Assembly (NCBI GenBank): GCA_002633005.1
Contig: NMRA01000001.1
Span: 500,625 to 564,624, forward strand
Origin: Phoronis australis
Taxonomy: Eukaryota > Animalia > Phoronida
Reading direction: 5' to 3'
DNA length: 64,000 nucleotides
Shown: piece after piece, positions 27,988-40,139 of the stretch
Layout of the letters: every line of letters starts with the position of its first letter
Numbering within the stretch: position 1 is the stretch's first letter
Notes under the pieces: generated by a model
Told to the model about the DNA's origin: nothing
The model's input: only the letters and a program-made list of their open reading frames with translations
The model's database searches: none
Made by a program: the position numbers and the translations under genes

Positions 27988-28636
27988 AGGTGGCACTGAA
28001 CAGTTAGGCTGCGGCCGCGGCCAATTTACACTCCAAATATTAAAATCTAGGGGTAGGCCAGGCTTGGGGGCATTTTTAGTTAGGTCAGTATTGTATGTAG
28101 GCCAAGTGAATGTGGTTTGTTTGTATTTGTGAACATGCTGAGAATAAAATAGGCCACTTTCTCGGCTGTAGCTGCACTTTTCTTCAAGATGGTGGCCCCC
28201 TGTTGTGTATTGCTGTGTAGCAATAAGGCCGCGATTTCAGGTAGCCCTCAAACAAACCAGATTTGCAAAAAAGCAAGTTGATTGACAGTACTTTTGGACC
28301 ACATTTTTGGAAGCAGTAGGAAATTTGCTTTCAGAATCTAATATTGGCTTTAGTCGAGCATCGGCAGGGAAGTGGTGGTTTTGGGGTGAAAACTGTGGAT
28401 TTTGTGTTTTTTGCCCTTATTTTTCTTAGTCTAGGTTGGTTTTCAGTAGCAGTGAAATGGTCAAAAATACAGGAGAGAATAAAGTTTCTGTGCTCATCTG
28501 TAGGGCTTGTGATGAGAAATGACTCAAAACTTTTGTTTATTTGCATGCAGATTTTTACAGAGTGAAGAAAGGGTGAAGAGTCCATTGACGTGTGTTCTGA
28601 TGGGCAAACCCCTGTGACAACTTTTCTGTGCCTCCT
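27988..28636 (-). mobile_element. MITE family C, copy 2
   Basis: Reverse complement of 23715-24370. Begins AGGTGGCACTGAACAGTT and ends GTGCCTCCT. Confidence 0.8.
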
Positions 28637-28663
28637 AAGCATCACAATGGGCTGCACCACCAG

Positions 28664-28973
28664 CAGGGGCGGATCTAGGATTTTGAGTTAGGGAGGGGTG
28701 CAGGACACAGTAATAACCAGAATTTCACCACGCGCGCGCCCCCAGCCTAAAGTGTAGGGATGCAGGGGTCTCGAATTCTTGGGTTTGTGCACCTTATTAC
28801 TAAAAAAGGTAAACGGGGTTTCTTCAAGGCCTATGCATTGTTCATTCGCCTCCCTAGCCCCCCTGCGTGCGCGAATGTTCTAGTCAGCAATTCGCACCCC
28901 GAACAGCCAAATGGTATCTGGGAGAATTTTAGGTGGGGGGCTGGCCCACTTGCCCCCCCTAAATCCGCCACCG
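28664..28973 (+). mobile_element. hAT5-like MITE
   Basis: CAGGGGCGGATCTAGGATTTT ... AAATCCGCCACCG. Inverted homolog of 54382-54697. TSD degenerate. Confidence 0.8.
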
Positions 28974-29079
28974 TCTAGCGACACCTATCGGACGTCCGCG
29001 GTACTAAACATTTGGAGACCTCAAATCCGAAGAGCTGAAATTTTACCCAACTCGCCAATTTCGAGTTGGCCGTTTCAAT

Positions 29080-29515
29080 ATCGTCGGACCCTGTATACTG
29101 TTGTATACAAGTTTACCTGCTAGTGTGATGAGTTTTACGTTGGCGTGACAACTAGGAGATTAAGTCAAAGAGCAAACGAACATTCCAAAGTGACAACATG
29201 CAGTGCCCTCTGTATTCATTCTATGGTAACAGTTCACGTAATAGATTATCCTACAATTTTTAACAATGATGTAAATAAATGGCTTTTAAGGAGAGCCTTG
29301 CCACTGTTGATCTATATGCTAGGGCTTCATGACAACCTGGGGCGGTTCGGCTTACCCTGTGGGGATAGCTTTGACCTTTGTATGTGACTGCTTTACAAGT
29401 GAGTTGGGTTCAGTTGATTTTTTTACTTGTGACCCTGATGTTGGGATTGGTGGACACCTTGAGAATGATGAATTGAACTTCGTCGAAACGTTGGACTCGT
29501 GTGTAAATACAGAAT
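29080..29515 (+). mobile_element. Penelope-like element 3' fragment (GIY-YIG endonuclease + pseudo-LTR)
   Basis: One frame reads VVYKFTC*CDEFYVGVTTRRLSQRANEH...SALCIH...HVID, the GIY-YIG pattern of Penelope-like elements, with an internal stop. Confidence 0.85.
29458..29494 (+). ncRNA. Minimal hammerhead-ribozyme-like motif of the Penelope element
   Basis: CTTGAGAAT, stem GATGAA/TTCGTC with a 6-nt loop, then GAAACGTTG. The core deviates from CUGANGA. Confidence 0.5.
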
Positions 29516-29904
29516 GTTAACAACAATTGTGCTGGCGTTTCAAATGTATACATTGCAATTTCCTAAGGGCTTTATCACAGAAAGTCCCTACCTCCTCCAC
29601 GTTTCATTTTGCACCAAAAACAATACAGAACATTGAGTGCTGTTATTTACTTCAATGTGTTTCTGTTGTCTTGGAGGTGGCTACTGAATGCAATGCGTTT
29701 TGTTGTTTCTTTGTGTATCCCATTTTGCCGTCCATTGATTAGAAAATATTTATTCCCTTCAGTCATTCAATCATGCTGATGTCCTGTTTGAAGCAGATAG
29801 AATAATTATTATTGTTAGGTTGAATCTTCACCTGCCACGTACAGTGACGTCTGTACCGCTGTTCCCTGTTACGGTGTAGTCCCATTCCCTGTATTTCGCA
29901 AGTG

Positions 29905-30030
29905 ATGTACCCTGGTCCCTATGGGCCTATTTTCTGCTGACCCTATATTCCCCCGTCCCGATGCTCACCTGTCCTTATGTTCCCTCCTCCAGATATTCCT
30001 CGGCTCCACGTTTCACGTCCCGGTGCTCTC
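29905..30030. repeat. Degenerate ~15-bp C-rich tandem repeat
   Basis: Units resembling GTCCCTATGTTCCCC recur about every 15 bp. Confidence 0.5.
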
Positions 30031-30115
30031 GCAACATACTAACACTGTATTCTCTAAATACATCGAGAGTCGTTTCCTTTGTTTTAATCATCTACTTATA
30101 TATTGCTAATTAACG

Positions 30116-30432
30116 AAGGGCCCTCAAGCCCTCGTTTTGGGGCCGAATATCGATCCCATTTCCCTCTGAAAAATATTGAAAAATCACGCAAAATTACCCT
30201 CATGATTCCCATAAATTCTCCTCAAGCGATTGTAAAATTCCCTCGAGGTTCGAATCACTTGTACCTCACAAAGTTTAGGATTTGAAGGAGCACAAAATAC
30301 TAGTTTTGGCTTCTTGAGGCAGAGCTTATGAGGGCTCGCAACAGGGTGGGGGTTGGTGTTGTTGAGGAGAGGTAGGATTTTCCCCTCTCAGAAGGCACAG
30401 GCACCTTTCCCCTCGGATGAACGAAGACCCTG
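30116..30432 (+). mobile_element. MITE family B, stand-alone copy
   Basis: AGGGCCCTCAA ... CACCTTTCCCCTCGGATGAACGAAGACCCTG matches 50366-51053 and, inverted, 19680-19827. Confidence 0.75.
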
Positions 30433-32749
30433 TAAAGTTAAAGATCCTAAGGCTGAAATGCGGACGAGGATCGCAGCCAATCTTAAGCATTCCCAAGATT
30501 TTAACTCTAAGAGTAACTGCAAGAGAAAAAGGCACCTACTGATATTTGCCAATCATATTGCTTTCAACGGTGCATTCATCGAGCTGTGGACACTTTTCAG
30601 TTACAAATAACGAACAAACTGCTTCCTTCTAGGGCGAGTGATGCTAGGCCTTCACCGGCCCAGATCGAGTGCTACGACACGTAGGCTTTTGTATCGTGTT
30701 TAGACCGTTCTCATTACATCGTGGCAACATTGAACATGAGTAACCCAAGTTTACTGTGGCCTTGGTCAGTGATTATTAAATGTCTATTTTGTATAACAGC
30801 TGTCCTGTTCTTGCTCAACATCGTCCTCGTCCTTTGCCTTGCTATGTTCCGCCAATGCAATTGATTGTCAAGTGACCAAACCTCTTCCACTCATTACATC
30901 ATTTGGCGGGAAACTTGGAAAAAACATTTTTTTCTTCAAAATTAAATATGGTGACTGTTTGCCATAAAACCTGCTTATTTAGCTAGTTTTTATGGTACTC
31001 ATTTCCTATTAGCTAACTGAAACCTCAAAACTAAGAAAATGCGTGCTGGGAATTCTTTCAGGTTACGAACATTTGTCTTGAGATATTGGAGTTTAAATCA
31101 GGCTTGCTTCTTTGACGGAACGCGAATTTGTAAACGCTTTAATGGATAATTTTTTGTAAGACTTTTTCAGTGACCTGTTTGTTGAAAAAATCATAACTGT
31201 GAAAATCAAATTCCAAACAATACAAGATCAATCAAAAATAGTGAAAACAATGATTCAGGGTAAAGTTTGCAAACAAAAGAACATAGCAAGTCTATTAATA
31301 TTTGATTAAAACCTTTAAATTTCAAGAACTTTGGATTGAAAAAAAAAACACGTTGCCGAATAATTGTTCAAGTGAGGTACTTGATACCATACACAAATTG
31401 CTCAACAACTAATACCCGATGACTCTATTCTATTTTCAAAACAAAAACACTTTAAAAGTTAAATATGACTTACGGAATTGTTATGCAGTGAACGCAATAC
31501 CTGGGCCCTGACTAATCTCTGCACTCAGCTAAAAAACTGATCAATTGCATGACTTGCTTCGTGTGTATCTACAAATTTGTACTCGAATATTCAGGGCTCA
31601 GTTCGGAGATTAAGCCCTGGCCCAGAAATCTATGGATTTGTAAAGCTGGAGCGACTGCGAAGCCACCATCTCGGTCACAAAAATGATTATGTCTGTGCTG
31701 AGCCTCATCGACGTCAGTGTATTTATCAAGACATTGACAAAATTATGGCAGTTAACTCGGTAAAGGTAGATAACTTTTGAAGGAAGAACGCTTGAACAAT
31801 TTGATTTTTCAATTTCACTAATCTGACATTAATCGGGTCACGTGACCAATGTTTTTATTAAAATCCATCAAAAAAGAAAGGTACATCGCTAGCATAATAA
31901 CGGTATCAAAATATTACCGAAATGTTTTAATATAAATGTTCCGGATGGAGTCTGCAAAACGCTGTTACAGTTTTCAAAGTCATTACAACTTCGTTAGATA
32001 AGACGTGATCCCCCGGGTTTGTGGCCTACTACTGGTTGGAGTGTTCTTGGGAGGCATGGTGAGACATCAATTACGTAACAATAGCTTCACAATCGATATA
32101 GGTCGAGAATATCAAAATGTCCGACCACTCTTTCAGCAATGACAGGGCGACAACTCAAAGTTTGCAGTAACAGAAAATAGACACACATGCATGGGACTTA
32201 ACTCACCAAAGAGCACCTCCACAAAACAAAGTCTTTCTGGCTTGATAGCAATTAAAGTGCAGAAACCAGGTTACGAGTGCATAAAACACATAAAATTAGG
32301 GAGAGACAAACTTCAAGCGTGGCAATACTACGACAACGCCACCTACAGTTTTCAAAGTCATTACAACTTCACAAAATTCATAGTCCTGTTTTAATATCCC
32401 TTCGCACAAGCTTAGAAACTGTTAAACAGATTTCTAATTTCGGATGAACTGTGTATAAAGTATAGTATCTGAAACTTTCATACGGATCACCCACACATGC
32501 TGTTCCGAACTTCGCCAAACTTGGACGTACATTTACCATTACGAACTTGGCCTCAGATTCCTCAAGTCTGCTTTCGCGGCGTGTCAGTTTATTCACCGAA
32601 ATCTTGAGAGACAGCGAAATGTCAACTCTTTGCAAGACCAAAATCGCTTCGCTTTTTTGTGAGAAATATGTTGAGATTAAATTGATAGCGGTAAGTAATT
32701 CCACAGAACCCGGGTTTGATTGTCGGTTTTTAAAAATGTAACATTGGTA

Positions 32750-34170
32750 GTTTTTTAAAAATTTTATTTTGCTCTAACATGATGATTACATGTCACATAA
32801 AACAACACAGTATACATCATTTACAAAGAATAACATTAAATCACTAGTCAACAAGTACCGTATTTTGTTCAGGTTGTAACTTAATAAAGTTTACGAATAT
32901 TTGGAAATTGAGATTTTTAAAAAACTTTTGGCTAAATACGTAATTTTTTTGCTAGTATGATCAACAGATAAATGTTACAATTTTCCGACTGAGTGTTTCC
33001 CAAAAAACCAAACAACACTGTTAATTTATTCACATGAAAATTTACATGATATGTTTGGTTTTAACCACTCAGAAAACAGGAGCCAGAAACCGGAGACAGG
33101 GCGACATTCACAAAACCGACGGAGAAAAGTTTCACTGTGTTCACCACAGAAAGATCATAAATCCCTTATTTTAATTTCATGCAAACAATTATTGGTTGGC
33201 AATATTCTGTGAATTAAGCCGTATTGAAACCAATGCAATTTTGTATCTTTTGTACAATTGAAGGGGAATTTATTTACTTTTCTCCACCATGTATCAGGGT
33301 CACTAAAATTTACATTATTTATAACACCGTTTATATCTATCTCAGATGACCACTTGTTTTTATATTTTCAAGCTGTCTGAAGAGACTGTACTAAGGTGTC
33401 ATGAATATTTACCGCCTGTGATTTATTATGCAAAATTTTATAAACATAACTTGGAAAATTTGGTAAAGAGATTGTCTTGTCTATTCTTGAGACCCCTGTA
33501 CGCTGCAAAGGTTGCACTTCTTAATCCGTAGAATTCTAGTATTGGAAGTTGAAAGTTATAACTGTTACAGAGTTCTTCGCATGACATAAAAGAACCTTCA
33601 GCATTAAACAAATCACACACACAATAGACTCCCCTTTCGTACCAGGTCTTGTAGAAAATAAATTTTCTACCGACTATACCACAGGGGAGTATTTTTCATT
33701 TTTGTCACACATTTAAAACAGGAGCACAACATCGCTTAAAACTTGCTTCCGAAACAGATTGTCGGTTCCTTCAGCTATTTTTTTAAGGAAAGCGTCCCCA
33801 TTTTAAAAAAGTTATCAACTTTACAACCCAAAACTGCCTCTTCATGATCACGTATCGTATTTGAAGCGAATAGTTCACGAAGCCACGACATTTTCCAAGA
33901 CTTAATAAAAAACAAACATGAACCATTTTTAAACCACCTGATTTTGTACAATTTCATTTCGACTAACTCTGTCATTCTTCCCATTCCAAATGAAGCCAAA
34001 AAAAACTCGCTCTAATTCTTGAATCCTGTCAATGGATGGGCTAGGGAGGGGTTGAAGCCAATGAACAATCTTGGGCAATAAAAGTGTCTTAACAACGGTT
34101 ATTTTACATAAAACAGTAAGAATTCTTCTTGACCAAGAACCTTTAGTTGATAATTTTACTGTTGTCATGC
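32750..34170 (-). mobile_element. 5'-truncated, decayed L1/Tx1-clade LINE 3' fragment
   Basis: WSRRILTVLCKITVVKTLLLPK, FFGFIWNGKNDRV, KDTKLHWFQY..IHRILPTN and a degenerate Cys/His motif, all typical of the ORF2 C-terminal region. Confidence 0.88.
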
Positions 34171-34334
34171 TTATTCTTGACAGAGATTACAAACATTCAA
34201 CCTGTAATTTTCCTAAGCATTTCTTAGTCTGCGGCGCTCATCTTTCTGACCTTTTTAAACGCTAATAATTAGTAAAAATTACAACTTTGCAGATAATGTG
34301 ACCATAACAATAACTTAAAACTCAGAAATGGTAA

Positions 34335-35321
34335 TTATAATCTAAAAAGCTTGTGAAACGATTTACGGAATACCTCTACCCCAAAGGCGTAGATGAAAGG
34401 GTTTGTCGCCGAGTTCAAAAAATAGACGTCAACTACAACATGTCTGAAAACGGATAGCCAGAGCGGTTCGCCTTGGGTTTCTTCGGTCACAATGGTTTTG
34501 AATACAGTGGCTGGTAAGTTGCAGACGACGAAGAGCAAGATCAACTGTAGAACAGCTTTCGTTATCTTGAATTCGGCTTTTTGTCTCTCTGGAATACCCT
34601 GTGACGAATGGATCGGTCTTCGGAGTCTATACGCTTTAATGGCTACATAGCCATGTAGAGAGGCGATTAATAGTATCGGAATATAGACCACCAGGAAAGC
34701 ATAGATATTCCGAAAGAGTTTGCTTGGTATTACAGTTTTCATGATACAGATGTTGTGCGCGACGTCAATTTCGTCTGTAGATGCAGTAAATAAGCAAGCT
34801 ATCAAGATAATATGGGGAGCCACGTATGCGGTGACAATCATACGTATGTAGACATTTCTTCTCATAATAACCCTATGTCTAAGAGGGAATCGTATAGAGA
34901 CAAAACGATCGATTGCGAGGAACGCCAAAATACAATTAGTTATCGCATGGGGGAACAGGCCGACGTACACAACCCCTCTGCAAACGTTGACGCTGGTGAG
35001 CAGTCTTCTCGTTAGTAATGACCTCCAGTGCAGAGGTACCAAATACTTCTTAAAGGCATTCAGTATAATGGCAAAGCCGGTTAAGAAATCATTCTGAGCC
35101 AAGCCGTATATAAAGACACTAATGTTTACGTCTCGGACTTCCCGGTATTTGAAAAACACGGAACACACCAATCCGTTTCCAAAAAACGTAAACGCACTTA
35201 TGATGAGTTCGAATGCGGTGAACGCGTACAGACCAACCTCTGAGAGATTGGAGTGCTCATACCAATGCAGTTGAGTAGAATTTGTGTCGTTCACAAAGCT
35301 GTTGTTGAAAGCAGGTGCCAT
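34335..35321 (-). CDS. Single-exon rhodopsin-like (class A) GPCR, orphan, copy 1
   Basis: 328 aa with seven hydrophobic segments. Motifs: GN (TM1), LAQND (TM2), Cys and DRF (TM3), CNLP (TM6), NSATNPFIY (TM7), FR helix 8. N-terminal sequons NNS, NDT, NST, NLS. A at -3 of the ATG. Confidence 0.95.
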   Translation of the reverse strand: MAPAFNNSFVNDTNSTQLHWYEHSNLSEVGLYAFTAFELIISAFTFFGNGLVCSVFFKYREVRDVNISVFIYGLAQNDFLTGFAIILNAFKKYLVPLHWRSLLTRRLLTSVNVCRGVVYVGLFPHAITNCILAFLAIDRFVSIRFPLRHRVIMRRNVYIRMIVTAYVAPHIILIACLFTASTDEIDVAHNICIMKTVIPSKLFRNIYAFLVVYIPILLIASLHGYVAIKAYRLRRPIHSSQGIPERQKAEFKITKAVLQLILLFVVCNLPATVFKTIVTEETQGEPLWLSVFRHVVVDVYFLNSATNPFIYAFGVEVFRKSFHKLFRL

Positions 35322-35845
35322 TGTTTTCTTGTAAGAAACATGTAGTCAATAGAACTGAGTGAACACGTCTGTTTTGTATAACTATTCCGGAAATTTGGCA
35401 TTTCAAGCATATTATGAGGTAGGATGACAGCGTCTCGTGTTTCCGTGAACACCGGTAATGATGCGCAAACGCCTGCGACAACCCTTCACTGGGACTCGTT
35501 GCAGGTTGCAGTCTGTTCGTCAAGGTTTAAGCGGTAATAAACACACGTTTGTTCGAAGGAGCACTGGCTTGACCACTTACCAGCACAAAGTAAGACAAGA
35601 AGTGATCGGTTTTGCAAAGAAATGACAGTTCGTCATTGCTCGAGACCATGCTGTGCGAATAAAATATCACGCCGTGACAAGTCAACTTGTAGAGGCCGGT
35701 CTCAAGGACTTATAAAACCAGAAATTGCTAAGAAATAAGTTGAGACGAATTTTACAACCTGAGAGGTCTAAATCGAAACTTGGTTTTTGTAACGGAAGAA
35801 TGGTTATAGTTACTGTAGCTTTAACTGATATTTAGTATGTTAACT
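35322..35845 (-). promoter_or_regulatory. Upstream block conserved between the GPCR paralogs (putative 5' UTR/promoter)
   Basis: Aligns by eye with 57831-58328 plus 59859-59886 (for example AAGTCAACTTGTAGAG.CCGGTCTCAAG and TTAACTGATATTTAGTATGTTA). Function is inferred. Confidence 0.5.
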
Positions 35846-36487
35846 TGGTACTGCTTTCTACAGGCGGTATTGCTGCCTCCAGAAGATGACGAGAGTGGGA
35901 CAAGACCATAACGGTCAGACGACAGACGTTGGGGACTGGAAGTCCTTACGCTTTTTTAGTATATTCCTGTTCACAAAAAGCGGTCAATACTTGTAAACCG
36001 GTATAAAAGCTATAAATCTTGGCGTGAACGGGGCGTAAAAGTTGCACCTGTTGTAGAGCGTGCAGTTTTAATGGTTGTAATCCAGAGGGAACGGTCTACG
36101 CGAACGATGTGCGCAGGTCTAAAAGTTGTAACCCTTTTTGTTTGCTCCTATCCCTTTTTGGATTTTGGGAAAGGAATTCAATAGCGCTGACCTCTTTCAA
36201 CTAAAACCAGGGACGAGTTCGGAAACGCTAGTATCTCACTTGAAAAACAAGATCAGTCAAGAGTGTTTAAGACATCACCGTGGATTTTCGATGAGAGCAC
36301 GTGACTTTGGCTAGATCTCCACCACACAGTTATTGAACTCGACCCAAAATTTGGGTTTTAACAGAGTTTTTCAAGATGACCACACCCATTACAGGGCTTC
36401 ATGATAGCTGGCTGCAGGAAGACTATCGTCAAAATACAGATAGGTACCACTGTGTGCCTCAAAATTGCACAATCTAGGACAGTTCTG

Positions 36488-36916
36488 CCCTATTTCAGTT
36501 CCCAAAATCGTGAACTCAACATTTTTATACTGCGCACGCTCCAATTTTTACCGCGCTTGCTAGGTGATGTGACTTCATGACCTCAATCTTTAGATAGGCT
36601 AAAGGTGAGCCATTGCGGTCTTGTCAGTCAAATGTTCGTTTCCAAAATGCCACCACTTATACTTGTCTTTAATTGGCGTTACTTGAAATTGTTTGTATTT
36701 GATAAAAATAAATGCTGTTGATATGACATTTTTATGTTTAACAACACGGCAAATGCACGGCTGGTTCCCGGCAGCACTTACGCAAAGGGCGGAAACTTCA
36801 GCTTTCAAAGTTCGCCTGTAGGACCGCAACTTCTGACCTTCGGCCTTGTTAAAAGAATCTTTGGGCGTGCGCCGAGTGAAAATGTTGAGTTCACCATTCT
36901 GGGAACTGAAATAGGG
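36488..36916. mobile_element. MITE with ~40-bp TIR
   Basis: CCCTATTTCAGTTCCCAAAATCGTGAACTCAACATTTT versus AAAATGTTGAGTTCACCATTCTGGGAACTGAAATAGGG. TSD unclear. Confidence 0.8.
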
Positions 36917-38015
36917 ACTTCTCGAAGAAAAAAAATTGATAACGGGAGTATTTGTTCGAGTTGGAAGGAATTAAACACATCGACAACCTCCTAAGGTGTT
37001 CCTCTATGCGCAAAAGGTATTTATAACAACGTGACTTTGATGGTTTAGTCGGTGCGAGGCATAATTCGCCGAAAAGCTTCCGGCGTACAGAGCGCCTATA
37101 GGAGCTGCATCGCCTCTGGTTCGGGCCAACAGAGACGATGGTCATTGCCTACAGTCACATTACCCATGGCCATGGGCATGGGTATGTTTTCCTAAATTAT
37201 CCTTGCGATCGTACGGGTGACATTTTGATTTGCAATTCATGGACTGCAAGTATCCAAAAAGCTGACGATCACATCGTACGTTCATCATAGTCCTTCCGCC
37301 GGCAGCCTAGCCTACACTGCAAACGAACAGTGGCAACGGGACTGCGATCGACTTGTCTAACAACCGTGAACAACGCACACAATGAAAGACAATATATCAT
37401 ATTATTGAATAACAGATAACCCTCACCTTTCTAGATCCTTAGGAAATCTAAAAATGACACGTCTGGGGTTTTCGTGGATGAATTCGTGCAATTTATCGCA
37501 CTGCAAAATGCGTCCTTCCCCATTGTTTTGGCGCTTCTTGGTTGACAGTTGCTTAGTCACCACTTGGCGGCGCTAGTAGTAGCGGTAACAGTAAACTCAC
37601 AAGTGAACTCTAATATACTACTACACTCCTTGGTGACAGCGAACAAAATTTATTCTGAAATTCGGTTTGCTGTTATTAAAATTCTAAAAACTTATAATCT
37701 GTGAAACCAATTTCAGTATTAATTTGTTGTGACGTGTACGCTACCTTGTGAAAGAACAACTTTACAGTTGATTGAAGAATCGACGGAAAAGAGGAACCGG
37801 CTCATAAGTGATGCAATATTTCATGGCTCCGAAAGCCGATGCAAAAGACCGTACCGCAATTTTAGCAGCAAGATAACAGTAGAACGCCAATTTTCCAACA
37901 CCGGTTAATAATTAAATTTAATCAAGAAAGCGTGTACCATTGAACGATACTAATTTTGTGTCAGATTTTAAGTGATCAGTTTTTACCCACATCGGCTGTA
38001 TATTTAATATACAGC

Positions 38016-38190
38016 TTTGCACCAAGGCAAGGCTACGCGATGCAGAAGGCACCGTCCCACTAGTAGTCAACACGACACTGCAGTAAACTTGTATTACGAA
38101 CTTTTGCACCAAGGCAAAGCTACGCGATGCAGAACGGCATCGTCCCACTAATAGTCAACACGACACTGCAGTAAACTTGTATTACGATCT
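38016..38190. repeat. Tandem duplication, ~88-bp unit x2
   Basis: TTTGCACCAAGGCAA ... CAGTAAACTTGTATTACGA repeated nearly identically. Confidence 0.9.
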
Positions 38191-38286
38191 TTTTAGAGCC
38201 GAGATCGCAGACGAGTTATACACATACAGTACAGCTGTGTAGACGAGAGGCCTTCACCCAATGAGCTATATAAATAATAAGCTTAA

Positions 38287-39097
38287 AGGAGAATGCCACC
38301 CAAAAACAACCTAATTTGTATCAATTTAGATCAAGTAGTTCTACTCGACTACGGCACGTTCGGTTGCGTTACCTGACACCTGACGGCACACGGAGGTGTT
38401 GAAATTATCCAATGACGTAATGGGTTTCACACGCAGTCTGTTCAGCAGTTCACGTGACTGGAGGTTTAGTGGCCAACTCAAGCTGGTTTATGTTCGTGCC
38501 AGTCCCGGCGGCCGCGACGGGCCTGATCATCGGGTTCTGAGCCACTAGCCGGGATAAGGAGTCAGTCCGGCCGCGACGGGCATGATCGGGTTCCGAGCCA
38601 CTGGCCGGGATAACAAGCCTTTTGTGTGTTTAGAACTCAAAAAATCACAAGTATAAACAACACAGATCTAGATTCTCCTGTCTGTATTTCACGGAAGAAT
38701 ACTTCGAATTTATCACCGAACAGACCCCAAACTCCTGCTACGGACCTTGGTAAATTGGCCTGCCCAACTTTGTAGGCTACGGTGTGTCCAAATACCAGTA
38801 AATCCGTAACAGCGAAATAAAACAACACGTTTTTATAAGAACTCGGTGTATTTTAAGGGTTTTATATCGACGTTTGATGATTTATTGGTGTTAAACGATG
38901 AATTCAAGCGATAAGCTGACACCAGTTACCCGTGTTGTGAACTGCTGAACATACTGCGTGTGAAACCAATTACGTCATTGGATAATTTCAACACCTCCGT
39001 CTGCCGTCAGGTAACGCAACCTAACCTGTCGTTATCGAGTAGAACTACTCGATCTAAATTGATACAAAATAGGTTGTTTTTTGGGTGGCATTCTCCT
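38287..39097. mobile_element. Kolobok-like non-autonomous DNA transposon
   Basis: TTAA|AGGAGAATGCCACCCAAAAACAACC ... GGTTGTTTTTTGGGTGGCATTCTCCT|TTAA. TIR about 170 bp, TTAA TSD, AGG termini. A lone matching end occurs at 46566-46583. Confidence 0.88.
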
Positions 39098-40139
39098 TTA
39101 ATTTACCTCATTGTGTTCACCCACGGTGCAGCCTCAGTGACGTCAGACGCCCGTTAGGCAATAGGAATTAACGTTGGAAAAACAATTTTAACAAAAAAAA
39201 GCGAAAGAATGAGAAAGATGGGATTTCTGATGTAGACTTCATTCGTAAACTTAATTACATCATAGACTATAGTACATGGACCGCCAACTCCGTATACTTT
39301 CAATGAACGAAATCTGTGCTCTTCCGCACAAAGTTACGTCATTATTCACTGGCGACGCCTGGCCCAATTATCTGGTGTTATTTCCGGCAAGTACGTCGTC
39401 TGCTAATTGTGGTCGGCTGTAGTGTGGTCGGGTGGTAGTAGCATTGCTAAAAGTACTCACGATACCAACAGTTCTACTGTTTTAAGAGTTTGAACAGCGT
39501 TTTAATGCCGTAAGTATTATTTTAATTTCGTTGTACTATACAGTAAAATAGATGTGAGAATTTCCCGTCACGATACACTAACCGGAAACTGCACTAGATA
39601 ATTTAGAATAGTGGCACCTCCTCTTGCATAGCATGGGAGAAAATGTCGGAGTGGCGAATCTGTTGTCTATAATCTATGATTACATTAAAAATGCATGTTT
39701 TTGTACTTCAGTAACCTTCTAAGCCAACAAAGGACAAGCAAGAACCCCATAACATCAGTTAAAAATGTCGACGATCTGTACAGTGAACTGGACAATGAAG
39801 TTTTGGATAAATATCTGACGAAATGTAACGCTTGCTTCTCGGGAACTAACACTGACACTGTTATTCTCGGTAACTTTTTATTGTCCCACTATAACGCATT
39901 TAACTTGTCACCGACGTTTGAATCTTATAAACTATATGGAGTATATGTATTATGCATGCTAATTAGAAATGGTATGAGCCAGTCGGCCGAATAGACTCGT
40001 CTGAGAACATTTTATGAAAATTCGAAAACATTATTATCGCAGCTGTTTACATATGTGAATCGTCTAAATTTTATGACCAGTCCAATTTTGATTACATAGA
40101 AAACGATATCATTTGTCTGAGGGTCTGATATAACCTATT

